Source: Ginglymostoma cirratum (taxonomy: Eukaryota). From it: a stretch of DNA of 64,000 nt. The translations under genes and the position numbers were made by a program. This document shows positions 1-11,929 of the stretch, in pieces. The notes under the pieces were generated by a model. That model was not told where the DNA came from, ran no database searches, and worked only from the letters and a program-made list of their open reading frames with translations. The stretch covers positions 12,700,050 through 12,764,049 of the forward strand of contig JAHRHZ010000038.1 of the NCBI GenBank assembly GCA_024137785.1, in the 5' to 3' direction. How positions within the stretch are numbered: the first letter of the stretch is position 1; every line of letters begins with the position of its first letter.

Positions 1-893
1 CCACCACTTTCTCTGGCAGTTCATTCCACACACAAACCACTCTTTGTCTAAAAAAGTTTGCCCCTCGTGGCCTTTTTTAAATCTTTATCTCCTCAACTTA
101 AAAGTATGCCGCCTAGTTTTGAACTCCCCCACCCTAGGGAAAAGACCCTTGTCATTTGCCTTATCTACGCCCCTCATGATTTTAAAAACCTGAAAAAGGT
201 CATCCCTCAACATTTAAAGCTCCAGTGAAAATAGTCCCAGTCTTTCCAGTCTATTTTTATACCTCAAACCCTCCATTCCTGGCAACATCCTGATTAATCT
301 TTTCTGAACATTCTCTAGTTTAACAATATCCTTCCTATAACAGGGTGACCAGAACTGCATACAGTTGTCCAGAAAAGGCCTCACCAACATCCTGTACAAC
401 CTCACTATGACGTCCCAACTCCTACACTCAAAGGTCTGAGCGATAAAGGCAAGTGTGCTAAATACCTTCTCAACCACTGTCTACCTGTGATGCAAATTTC
501 AAAGAATTACGTACCTGAGCCCCTAGGCCTCTCTGTTCTACAATACTGCCCAGGGCCCTATCATTAATTGCATAAGTCCTGCTCTTGTTTTTATTGCCAA
601 AATACTGTACCTCACATTTATCCAAATTAAACTCCATCTGCCACTCCTCAGCCCACTGGCCCAATTGATCAAGATCCCTTTGTAATCTCAGATAACCTTC
701 TTCACTGTTCATTATACCACCAATTTTGGTGTCATCTGCAGACTTACCATCCATGCCTCTTATATTCTCATCCAAATCGTTTGAGTGACAGACAAAAGTT
801 TACCCAGCACCGACTTTTGCTGAACACCAATGGTTAGCGGACTCCAGTCCAAAAAACACCCTGTGTCTCTTACCATCAAGCCAATTTTGTATC
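1..893 (-). mobile_element. CR1-clade LINE fragment (RT C-terminus and 3' region), degenerate
   Basis: Minus-strand ORFs read ADDTKIGG...LQRDLDQLGQWAEEWQMEFNLDKCEV and LYRMLVRPFLDNCMQFWSP...LERLGLFSLE, typical CR1 RT text, broken by frameshifts. The element appears to resume near 1290-1390. Confidence 0.9.
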
Positions 894-894
894 C

Positions 895-1030
895 AATTGA
901 ATTAAATTGAACTGAATTAGGTTTATTGTCACACGTACTCACATGAACACAGAACAGTACAGCACAGTACAGGCCCTTCAGCCCACAATGAAGTACAGTG
1001 AAAAGCTCACAAGTCACCATCTTAGGTACA
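895..1030 (-). mobile_element. 3' end of a LINE/SINE-like element with an (AATTG)-like microsatellite tail, with a short CR1 3'-tail nested in it
   Basis: aattgaattaaattgaactgaatt followed by tttattgtcacacgtac; the same pattern recurs at about 27354. The CR1 tail cacagaacagtacagcacagtacaggcccttcagcccac lies at about 947-986. Confidence 0.5.
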
Positions 1031-1719
1031 AGGTGCCTAGGTACAGAATCTTAGGTACAAAGCAGAAAAATAATGAAAACAAAATTTAAAAAGTTAAACA
1101 TTACAGTCCTTCTTACTAAAAAGGTAGAAAAACAAAGAACCACAGTTAACAGTTCCAACACCACAGTCCATAAGCACCTGGCCATGCTGGGCTCGCACTC
1201 CTCACAAAGGTTCAACCTCATCCCTGCTCCAGTTTTCGCCACCAGCTGCCCTCGGCAAGCTCTCCCTGAATCCCAGGCGATCTAACTTTACTAATTAGTC
1301 TACCATGCAGAACCTTGTCAAAAGCTTCACTGAAGTCCAAAGACAATGTCTACCCCTCTGCTCTCAATCTCTTTGGTTACATCCTCAAATCATCTTCAGG
1401 TCCATGGTTGACACCAGCTTAAAATTTTTTTAAAAATTCCTCAACTTTGGGGACTATTGGAGAAACCATAACTAGGGGACAGTTTAAAGATAAGGAATCT
1501 CCAATTTAAGACAAATGTGAGAAGTATCATGACTCTGAGGAATTCTCTTCCCCAGACAGCAGTGGAAACAGAATTATTGAATTTTTTTTAAGGCAGATTT
1601 AGATAGGTGCTTGACTAACAAGGGAGTCAAATGGTGAAGAAACTCAGCAAGTCTGACAGCATCTGTGGAGAGGGAAATAGGAGTTAAGATTTCGAGTCCA
1701 ATGACTCTTCTTTGGAACT

Positions 1720-3400
1720 TTAAAGGACACCAGTATATGTTGACTTCATTTATCTCACCAAGGCATTTAACATTGTGAGCAGAGATGGTCTATTTAAAAT
1801 GCTGAAGAAGATTGACTTCCTGTCAGAACTGCTCTAAGTAATTACATTCTCTCTGGACACCATTATGAGTAATGTAAATGGAGACAGAACAATATCTGAA
1901 CACTTTCAGATTTCTGGAGTGGGGTTAAACATGATTCTGTTCTGGAAGTGACGCTCTTTGCCACTATTACAAGTCTTCAAATTATCTGCAGAGTGCCTAC
2001 TTACATTCCAAAATTGTTGAAAAGCTGTTCAGGCTTGCTGCTCTGAAATCCAAGACAAAAGTGCACCAAGTCAGGGGCAGCACCGCGGCTCAGTGGTGAT
2101 CACTGCTGTCTCACAGCACCAGGGACCTGGGTTTGATTCCACCCTCAGGCGACTGTCTGTGTGGAGTTTGCACATTCCCCCTGTGACTGTGTGGGTTTCT
2201 GCCAGGTGCTCCAGTTTCGTCTCCCAGTCCAAAGATGTGCAGGTAAGGTGGATTAGCCATGCTAAATTTCCTGTAGTGTCCAGGGGTGTGTAAGTTAGGT
2301 GGATTAGACATGGGAAATGCTGGGTTACAGGGAAAGGGTAGGGGGTTGGGTCTTGGTGGGAAGCTGTTCATTGGGGCGGTGTGGACTTGTTGGGCCGAAT
2401 GGCCTGTTTCCGCACTGTAGGAATTCTATGACTCTATGATCGACGAAGTCCCCAATGGACAGTTGTCCTATGCTGACTACGCTGCACTAGCAATCCATAG
2501 TGAAGAACATCTTCAGCAGCAAGTGGACAAACTCACTGATACCTGGAACAAGTCTGATTTGACTATCACAGTCAGAAAGGCAACTATCATGTATCAGGAT
2601 GTTATCATATCACCAGCATTGACAATGTGATGCAGAAGGATTTTGGTGGCTTCAACATCTGAATTCCAAAATCCCCAGCAGTCTGTTATTGATGCTGAAA
2701 TCAAAATTTGCATCACAAGAGTTGCAGCTGTTATACCCATGCTGAGTATCAGTGTGGAACAACTACCTGACTGAGAACACCAAACTGCAAGTCTACCAAG
2801 CCAGTGTTCTCAGTGTACTCCTATACAGCGGTGAGATCGGGATAATAGATGCTTGTCAGTAGAAAAGGCAGAACAGTTTGCATCTTCATTGTCTCAGATG
2901 TACATTCGGAATTTCTTAACAGGACAGCATCACAAACTTGGAGATCCTTGAGCATGCTAATTCCATCAACATATACTCATTGCTAAGCCGAGTATGTCCA
3001 TGCTGATTTGGTCACATTTATTGACTAGATGATAACTGTATACCTAAAGATCTTCACATAGTGAACTGGCTACTGGTCCACGACCTCCTGGATATCCCAA
3101 TTCTTTGCTACAAGTAAGATACAAAGATGGTGGACATTGACACTGTCAACTGGGAGTCACTGGTGGCTGTGACTTCTTGAGGCTGAATGCAAGGTACTGG
3201 AAGAGGCGAACAGAAACGAAAACCTCACATGGTGAATAAAGCAACTCAGGTTAAATAGATGGCAGTGAATCATATACTTTCTCAGATGGCAGTCTTTGCA
3301 GCTTACATGATGCAGAGACTGCTGTGTTGAAGTGTGACTCCTGAAGCACAGAGTTCCGCAAACAATCATTTTACAAGACAGAAGACTTCCACTGCATCTC
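1720..3400 (+). mobile_element. RTE-clade LINE remnant (RT domain to 3' end), interrupted by a V-SINE
   Basis: Hand translation from about 1746 gives FIYLTKAFNIVSRDGLFKMLKKI (RTE-like FIDLTKAFD..SR.GL), and ORF 2436-2630 has LSYADYAAL (degenerate YADD). Many stops. Confidence 0.8.
2074..2440 (+). mobile_element. HE1-type V-SINE (tRNA-derived head, V domain, CR1-like tail)
   Basis: A box-like ggctcagtgg, B box-like gggtttgattc, V-domain gtgtggagtttgcacattc...tccaaagatgtgcagg, tail gggccgaatggcctgtttcc...(tctatga)n. Confidence 0.9.
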
Positions 3401-3455
3401 AATGGCCAGCACCAATTCTAGAAATCTAGTCCATTTGACTTGGTGCATATGAGAT

Positions 3456-4285
3456 GTATTAGCTTGATTTTGTCCTTTGATTTGGAACTGCATTTACAAA
3501 AATATCCAGTTTGGAAACCAAGGTTGATGGGATTGCTACACTTTTTAAAAGCAAGCAGCCAACACATACCAAGTGCTGTTTACACTGTTGTTTGTTCAAC
3601 CAATGGTTCTGGCATCAGGGGCAGGGGGTGGGGGCAGGAAGATGACTGCAAACAAGCTGGAGCCAGAGGCCTGTACAACATGGGATTCAGCTGCCAACAA
3701 GTAGCAGATTAGTCTGCGGAGTAGTGACCAGTTGGCAAAGGTCTGCCGATAGCTGTGATTATCACACAAGTAGCTGAAAAACTTGGGGGTCCAAACAGAA
3801 AAGCCAATGTTGCAGAAGAATCCAGAAGGTGAGATGCAAGTTGTGAACTAATTGCTCTACGCCTCTGTGACAGTACCTAGAGAAACAAGATCCAGAGCCA
3901 AGTCCTGACAAATAAAAAGTGCATTTTGCAGTCCACAGCCAACCCTGTGTTTAGGGACCAATGAACTGCCTTCCCAGTTTTTCCTTCCACAATAGTTCCA
4001 AAGATTTGTGTGTCTCCATGTGGGTGCGTACGGGTGGGTGAGTTATAACTGGGGTAGAGTCTTAGCTGGTATAGTTCGATGCTGATATTTGAAAGCTGTA
4101 GCTCAAATCAATTTGTAATAAACAGTAAGTCTTGCTAAGTACAGAAACTTGGTTCGCAGTGTCTCTCAACATGGGTCTAAAAAGACATTTAAACTGAGAA
4201 ATTTCACATTCTTTGATGAAAATTTTCACTTTTGTGATAATTTTGGGAATAGCAGGGCTTGATTTTCAGGGCAATACCAGAATAA
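3456..4285 (+). mobile_element. Probable degenerate solo LTR, related to 54060-54973
   Basis: Shares motifs with the 54 kb element (ttgtaataaacagtaagt.../ttgcaataaatagttact..., TG-rich tract, similar 3' end). Termini not resolved. Confidence 0.4.
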
Positions 4286-6122
4286 GGCTTCCTTTTCAAA
4301 GTATCTAGAGAATTTCTTTTCTTCTCTAGGTCACTCATTTGGGTCTGTTTCTTTGACTAAATTAGACAAAATATCATACATAACTGACAATTTCAGTAAC
4401 TCCCTGATGCAATAGCATGAATCCTCCAATTAATATGGTCCTATCAATTACTTTTGTCATTGGAAATTAATATTTGCCTCTGTGAAGCTTATCTTAAAGA
4501 AGCATTGGAAGTTTTTCAGTTCTGTTATCATCTTCTGCCTCACCATATCTGTTAATTGTCTGATAAAGTAAACATTTTAGTGGAACTAAACAAAGAAGAA
4601 ATCAAAGAAATTCAAAATTGACACTGTCAACTGGAAGAGTCACTGATAGCTGTGACTGCTTGAGAATTAATGCAAGAGTAGTGGAAGAAGCGAACAGAAA
4701 CAAAAAAGCTCACCTAGTGAAGAAAGCAGCTCAGGTTAAATGAAGGACAGTATATGGTTGCAGTCGACAATTATTCACAGCCTAACCAAGAATCTTTATT
4801 TTCTGCATTATTCCTCAGGCAAACAGACTATCAATAATAGTTCACCTTTCGACAAGAGTACTCTTAATTTCTTTCCTACATCGTCTTCCAAAGGGTTTTT
4901 AAAAATATTAGAAATATTAAATCAGCTATGCAATATTCCCAGTACTCTCTGTAGTTTTGTGTTGCAACTACTGATATCTCCCAAGCCACCAATAGCTACA
5001 AGAAGTAAATAACTAGAACATAATTACCATATTACATAATTCATCTGTAAGAGAATTATCAGGCAGGTTTGGAATGGATGATATAGAAGATAAAGGTGGA
5101 TACTCAGTGACATCTTTACCCTGTTATAGATGTTCTGATGGTTTACAAAGATAGATATCAAAGTAAATTACTAACCTAATTCAACTGATTAAGAATCCAA
5201 TCAAATAAACACTACAGGATTTGTAAAATTGTTACTTGAGCCAAATGATTAAGAGTGTCATAAGTTTATTCCAGTCTTGATTGCTGCTCATTTTATAACC
5301 AAGGTACTGTGCAATGCTTTATCTTCCTGAAAAGTTTCTTTTGCTGCAACATTGTAACTGGTGTAGTTACAACAATGTGCTTCATAACATTAAAAGGCAT
5401 CAAAAATTCAGCTTCTTCAGTCCTAATACTCAGGACACACTGTTCTTACAATTTTGCCCTCCTTTGGATCAATCTGCTTCCTCTTTGGCAGTTTGGGCTT
5501 TAGAAAAATAGTCAGTACAAAAAAACCTCCAAATGTAAAATCGTATCGAAAAGGTGTACTGAGAAGGAGCGTGTAAATAATCATGCATGCAAGCAAACAC
5601 GAGTGGATCACAAGACAAGCGCACCCTCAAATTGTTTTCAACCTCACCCTAAATTGTTTTCAAATATCACATTAATTCCTGTGATGAGATAAACCAGAAG
5701 ATTAGGCAGGAGGTTCATGGCTGGTGACGAAAGTAGTTTATCAGCATACAGAGATTGTTGTACATTTACAAGACTAAATAATAACCAGGGAACTGATTTT
5801 TGTCACAAGTTCGTAGCCTGAAATCCAAATCTTTCAGCTTATCCTGTTAGTATAATAAGTCATTGGCCATCTTCCAGGGCTCAGCAAATTTATATAGACA
5901 CTGATGCTCCATATTTGATTCCAACTCTGCTTTGAATTAGCTGATATCAGTCAATTGGACGAGGGGTGAAAATGTACTTAGCAAGGATTCTCGTTTCTGG
6001 ATAGATGTCAATAACCCATGCGGGACAGCATTTGAGGCAGGTGAGGACAGCATCAGGCTCATCTGTGACTCTCCAGCAACACATATCCTGCTGACAGTCA
6101 CTATCCAGGCTCATAAATGAAT

Positions 6123-6339
6123 TAAAAAAAAGCTGTGCATGTTGGAAATCAGAAACAAACAGAAATTGCTGGTAAAACTAAGCATGCATGGCAGCATTTG
6201 TGGAAAGGAAACAGAGTTAACGTTTCAGTTCTAGAACTACCAGTTCTGAAGAAGGGTCACTGGACCCAAAACGTTAACTCTGCTTTCTCTCCACACATGC
6301 TGCCAGACCTGCCGAGTTTTTCCAGCAATTTCTGTTTTT
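6123..6339. mobile_element. Palindromic PLE-derived element, family B, with hammerhead-like core
   Basis: Inverted arms aaacagaaattgctgg...cagagttaacgtttc / aaacgttaactctg...ccagcaatttctgttt. TSD gctcataaatgaat (6109-6122) vs gctcataaataaat (6340-6353). Core at 6246-6275. Confidence 0.85.
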
Positions 6340-7129
6340 GCTCATAAATAAATAGTTGTTATCCAAGCAAATGCCATTCATGGACATATAATTCAGCAAG
6401 GAGTTAACATTTTCAAGTAGGAGAAGATTGGTGATGGGAAATATGTCTTCTCTCATTCCTGCATATGCATCATTTAGTGTTCAATTACATATCTGAAAAT
6501 AACATAATTTCAGCCAACCTTAATTTTAGATTGAAGCAGATAACTTGAATCTATGGGTGCATGGTCAAGCCATTCTATTCTGCACACAGTTACATAATGT
6601 TGTGCCAAGTGCTTAATGTTTTGAATTAGATGAACTGTAAACTGTACTTTGACTACTGCAATAGGTCAATTAGTAAGATTCTGCTAGCAATGCCTACAAA
6701 GTGTACTACCTAATATCTGAAGATGAAGGGCACACAATTCTGTAAGAAACTCCCTCTAACATAGAACAGTGTCTATAGTATAACTATTACACCTGGGGAA
6801 CCAAACTCACCTCCATAATAAAGCTGAAATTTTGCCAACTATTTGTCAGCCAAGCTTTAACCTCAGGTCCTAGCCAAACAGCATTGCAATATATCAGCTG
6901 GAACCACATAACGTGGCTCCCACGGTGAGAATTATAAGATAATCAAGATAAAATCTAACAGAAAGTCTCACTTTGGCTCTCAAACACCTGAGTTGCGGGA
7001 GGAAGACTGCAAAGCCACTTCACTTAGATTGGAAGGGTCCATGTAAACAGTCACATATTCCAAACTTCTTTAGATTTTGGAAGGGTCTCAGAACTGGAAA
7101 ATAACAAATTAATACCTTATTCAAGAAGA

Positions 7130-9930
7130 TGCTTCAGACAAGATAGAGAGGGATATAAAGGGTGGGGAGGGGAGTTGCGTTACAAATAAGGAAGAATATG
7201 ACAGCTGTACTGAGCAAGAACACACTGGAGGGCTCATCCAATGAGACCATATGAGTATAGCTCAGGAAGGATGTAATCACTTTACTGGGATCGTACAACA
7301 GATGTCCCAACATTCAGCAGGTGAAAGAGGAACAGATATATAGACAGATGGTGGAAAAAATGTAAAAATAACAGGGTTTTGGGGTGGGTGATTTTAATTT
7401 CCCCTTTATTGACTGGGACACATTTAGTACAAGGGGTTTGGAGAGTGAGGGGCAGAATTTGTAGGTGTGTCCAGGATAGCTTTTTGAAACTATGTAAATA
7501 GTCCAACTAGGGAACAGGCCATACTAGACCTGATATTAAGGAAATGAATCCAGCCAGGGATCGAAGTTTCACTGGGGGAGCATTTTGGGAACACTCCCCA
7601 TAATTCTGTAAGTTTTAAGTTACTTATGGATAAGGATAACAGTAGTCCTCGGGTGAAAGTAATAAATTGGGGGAAGGCTAACAACCAACAAAATATTAGG
7701 CAGGAACTGGGAAATGTAAATTGGGGGCGGCTGTTAGGGTAAATCCACATCTTGCATGCTGGAATTTTTTTTAAAAAAAGGCTGATTGATTAGACTTCAG
7801 GACCAATATGTTCCTGTGAAAATGAAGGATGAGGATGGCAAGATTCGGGAACCTTTGATGACAAGAGAAATTGACAGCTTAGTCAAAAAGATTAAAAGGA
7901 GACATACATAAGGTTTAGGAAACTGAAGATAGACAGCAATCTCGAATAATACAAAGATAGCAGGAATGAATTCAAAAAAGGAATTAGGAGGAGTAAATGG
8001 AGCCATAAAATGTCTTTGGCGAGCAGGAATAAGCAAATTCCAAGGTGTTTTATACAAATATAAAGAGCAAAAGGGTGGTTAGGGGAAGGATAGGTCCACT
8101 CAAGGACAAAACAATGAACTTGTGTGTGTAACCAGAGGAAGTAGTTGAGGTCCTCAACAAATACTTTGCATCAGTATTGACAAAGGAGAAGGACACTATG
8201 AATGGTGAGTCTCAGGAAGAGTTAGTTGAAATTCTAGGGCATGTCAATACAAAAAAGGTGTTGAATGTTTTGAAAAGCATTAAGGTTGACAAGTACTCAG
8301 CAAGGGATAGAATCTCTCTCAGAATGCAGAGGGAGGGAGGTGAGGAAATTGCTGGGGCCTTGTTTGAAATCTTTGTATCCTCTTTAGTCACAGGACAGGT
8401 GCCTGAGGATGGGAGAACAGCCAACGTTATTCGAGATAACAAGCATGGGGCTGGATGAACACAGCAGGTCAAGCAGCATCATAGGAGCAGGAAAACTTGA
8501 CGTTTCGGGGCTAAACCCGAGATAATCTGGGAAATTACAGGCCAGTGAGCCTTACGTCACTGCTAGGCAAATCACTGCAGAAGATTAATAGGGATAGGAC
8601 TTACTCACAGTTGGAAAAATATGGGCTTATTAGCAACAGGCAGCATGGCTTTGCGTGGACAAGGTTATGTCTTTCAAATTTTATTGAGCTTTTTGAGAAA
8701 GTGACAAAGATGATTGATGAGGGCAGCGCAGTAAATATTATCTATAGAGACTTTAACAAGGCTTTTGACATGGTGCCTTATGGCAGGCTGAAGGTGAATT
8801 CACATGGGATCTGCAGTGAGCTGGGAAGATGCACACAGAATTGGCTTAGTCATAAAAGACAGTGAGTAGTGGTAATCTATGAATAGCATGTTCTGTAGGG
8901 AGCTGTGCTGGAACCCCTGTTGTTTGTAATATATATAATTGATTTGGAGGAGAATATAGCGGCCCCGATTAGTAAGCTTGCGGAAGCTGCAGATAGTGAG
9001 GACTGCCAGAGGATACAGCAGGATAAGGATAAGCTGGAGACTTGGGCAGAGAAATGGCAGACGGAATTTAACCCAGACAAATGTGAGGTGATGCGCTTTG
9101 GAAGATATAATGCAAGAGGGAAGTATACAGCAAATGGTAGAACTCTGGGTAGCATGAACATAGAGGGATCCAGGTGTACAGGTTGACAGTTCCCTGAAAG
9201 TGCAGCATAAGTGGATGAGGTAATCAAACAGACATGTCATGCTTGCCTTCATTGGTCAAGATATAGAGTATTAAAAAAAAACAAAATCGGCATGTAGCAG
9301 CTGTATACAACTTTAGTCAGGTAACAATTGTTGGATACAAGGAGATAGCAAGAACTACAGATGCTGGGAAAGGGTCCCAACTCGAAACCTTGATTCTCCT
9401 GCTCTATTGATGCTGCCTGACCTGCTGTGTTCCTCCAGCTCCACACTGTATTGACAATGCTGTAATAGTGTTCTGGTCACTGCACTACCAAAAGAACGTG
9501 GAGGCTTTGGAGGGGGTGGAGAAATGGTTTGTTTTCATTTGAATATCAAAGGATAAGGGGACAACCTGATGGAAGTTTACTAAATTATGACCGGCATCAA
9601 TAGAATAGATAATCAAAGGCTTTTCAGGTGAGAAATGTCAATTACTAGGGAACATAGGTTTAAGTTAAAAGGGGGTAAGTTTAAAGGAGGTGTGAGAGGC
9701 AAATTCTTTCACGCAGAGGGCGGTAAGTCCCTGGAACACATTGCCAGAGGAAGTGATGGAGGCAGATACAATAATAACGTTTACGAAGCATTTTGACAGA
9801 GAAAAGAATAGGCAGCTGGATACAGACCACATAAAAGCAAAAGGTTCTTAGTTTAGAAAGGCATCATGCAATGGTGCAGTTTTGATAGGCCAAAAGGGCC
9901 TGTTCCTGCGCTGTACTATTCTTTGCTTTT
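7130..9930 (+). mobile_element. Long CR1 LINE remnant (APE endonuclease, RT, 3' UTR), carrying two PLE-derived inserts
   Basis: ORF fragments VPEDGRTANV, QHGFAWTRLCLSNFIELFEKVT...IYRDFNKAFDMVP, WAEKWQTEFNPDKCEV; CR1 3' tail gggcctgttcctgcgctgtac at about 9900. Confidence 0.9.
8432..8518 (-). mobile_element. Half copy of the young PLE palindrome subfamily A'
   Basis: gagataacaagcatggggctggatgaacacagcaggtcaagcagcatcataggagcaggaaaacttgacgtttcggggctaaaccc is nearly identical to the arms at 14374-14459 and 40904-40988. Confidence 0.9.
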
Positions 9931-9934
9931 AAAG

Positions 9935-10620
9935 GTGGGAGACAAAAAAGCAGGAAATTTTAAGTGAGCGAGCACACCATCTCCCACAGCAAAATGCTAG
10001 AATCCATTATTAAAGAAGTTATAGCAAATTACCTAAGAAATCACAATGCAATCAGACAGAGTCAACATGGTTTTGTGAAAGGAACATAACTAATAGAGGC
10101 CTTTGAAGACAAAAGGCATTTAATAAGCTGTCACAAAGGTCACAATACAAAATAAGAGCTCATGTTGTAGGTGATAACCTATTGGCATGGATTAAAGATT
10201 GGGCAGCTAACAGGGTACAGAGGGTGAAGATAAATAGATCTTTATTAGGCTGACAAACCAAAAGTTGCGGACTACCACAGGGAGCACTGCTGGGCCTCAG
10301 CTATGTGGAATTTATATTAATGATTTGGATGAAGGAAAAAAACTAAATTTGCCAATAACACCATAATAGGTGGAATGTAAGTTAGCAAGAAGAGGTAAAA
10401 AGTTTACAAACAGGTTATAGACTAGTTAAGTAAGTGAGCAAACTTTGGGCAAATGAAATACATGGGAAAATGTGAACTGGTCCGTTTGGCTGGAAGAATA
10501 TAGAAGCAGTGTACCATTAAATGGAAGCAGATTGAAGAATCCAGTTATACACCGGGAACTTGACATCTGGGTGCATGAAGTACTAAAGATTGGTATACAG
10601 GTACAGCAGATATACAGGTA
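9935..10620 (+). mobile_element. Older CR1 RT fragment
   Basis: cagagtcaacatggttttgtgaaagg (QHGF), cagggagcactgctgggcctcag (PQGS-like), atttatattaatgatttgga (IYINDL). Confidence 0.75.
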
Positions 10621-10890
10621 CGGACCAGCGCCAGGGACCCGGGTTCGATTCCAGTCTCGGGCGACTGTCTGTGTGGAGTTTGCACATTCTCCCCGTGTCT
10701 GCTTGGGTTTCCTCTGGGTGCTCTGGTGTCCTCCCACAATCCAAAGACGTGCAGGGTAGGTGGACTGGCTATGCTAAATCACCCATAGTGCCCAGGGATA
10801 TTTAGGTTAGGTAGGTTAGACGTGGGAAGCCGGGGTGGGATGGACTTGTTGGGGCAAATGGCCTGTTTTCATATTGTAGGGATTCTATGA
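10621..10890 (+). mobile_element. HE1-type V-SINE, 5'-truncated
   Basis: gggttcgattcc B box, V domain and CR1-like tail. Confidence 0.9.
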
Positions 10891-11159
10891 TAAATGAAAC
10901 TCAGGTAATCCTTTGTCATGTTCAATTCCTCTCATAATTAAGGATATCAGTCTTTTTCATTATGTGCTTTATCTGTATACTAACTTTTTTTTGACTTGTA
11001 CTGGAATACCTAAGCCCTGTGCACCTCAAATTCTGTGGTTCTCTGTTAAGTGATACTCTGCTTCTTTCATTCCCCCTTCACATTTTCCTGCACCATACTC
11101 CATCTGCTGGATTTTTTGCCCATTCAGTCTACATCCATCTGCAAATTCCTTACTACTGA

Positions 11160-11445
11160 CGGAATCCCTACAGTGTGGAAGCAAGCCATTTGGCCTATCA
11201 AGTCCACACTGATCCTCCAAAGAGCATCCCATCCAGACCACCTGATTTCCAATGGCAAATCCATGGACACTACGGGCAATTTAGTATAGCCAACCCACTT
11301 AATGATGTTCACATCTTTGGACTGTGGAAGGAAACTGAATCACCCAGAGGAAAACTACATGAACAGCATGTGCAAACTCCACACAGACAGTTGCCCAGAT
11401 TCCTAGAGCTGCAAGGGAGCAGTGCCAACCACTGAGCCACCGTCA
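11160..11445 (-). mobile_element. HE1-type V-SINE within a minus-strand CR1 fragment (about 10900-11600)
   Basis: Reverse complement of head (ccactgagccaccgt), V domain (tgtgcaaactccacacagacag) and tail (gaatccctacagtgtggaag). Confidence 0.85.
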
Positions 11446-11929
11446 CTGCTGTCCTTGCTGCCTAACATACCTCTCCACCTATCTTTGCGTAAGCAGCAAA
11501 TTTAGTTGCCATGCCATCATTCCACCCCCTCCCCCAAATCTATGCCACTGATGTAAATTGTAAAGATTCCAAGGCCCAGCACAGACATCTCGCTAATGCA
11601 GCAGCAGCAAGGTGAGTGGCAGTGCAGAAGCCAGAGACAGTTGGGTTTGCCAACCAATAAACTTATGGGTGTTGGGGGGTGGGGTTTCAGATCAAAACAA
11701 CAACTCTTATCCCTGAAAATCCGCCAGAAGTATCCCTGTGAAAAATTTGCTTTACCCCACATGGGGAGCCACAAAACATCACTTAAGAAATGTTGGCAAC
11801 AGCCAAGTTTGCAAATCCTAAGTCTGAAAGAAAATCGAACTTGCACACTAGATTTCTAAGTAAAAATCCCCAAGGCATGCTGACAGTTCCAGAGTCCATC
11901 TGGTGAATGTGTGATGGTATAAAGGGGGA

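Noticed and set aside
4300-7000. Search for MKNK1 coding exons in unique sequence left of the CpG promoter
   Set aside because: No basic KKKRR/ATDS-like or kinase motifs found by eye, so no gene symbol or CDS was assigned.
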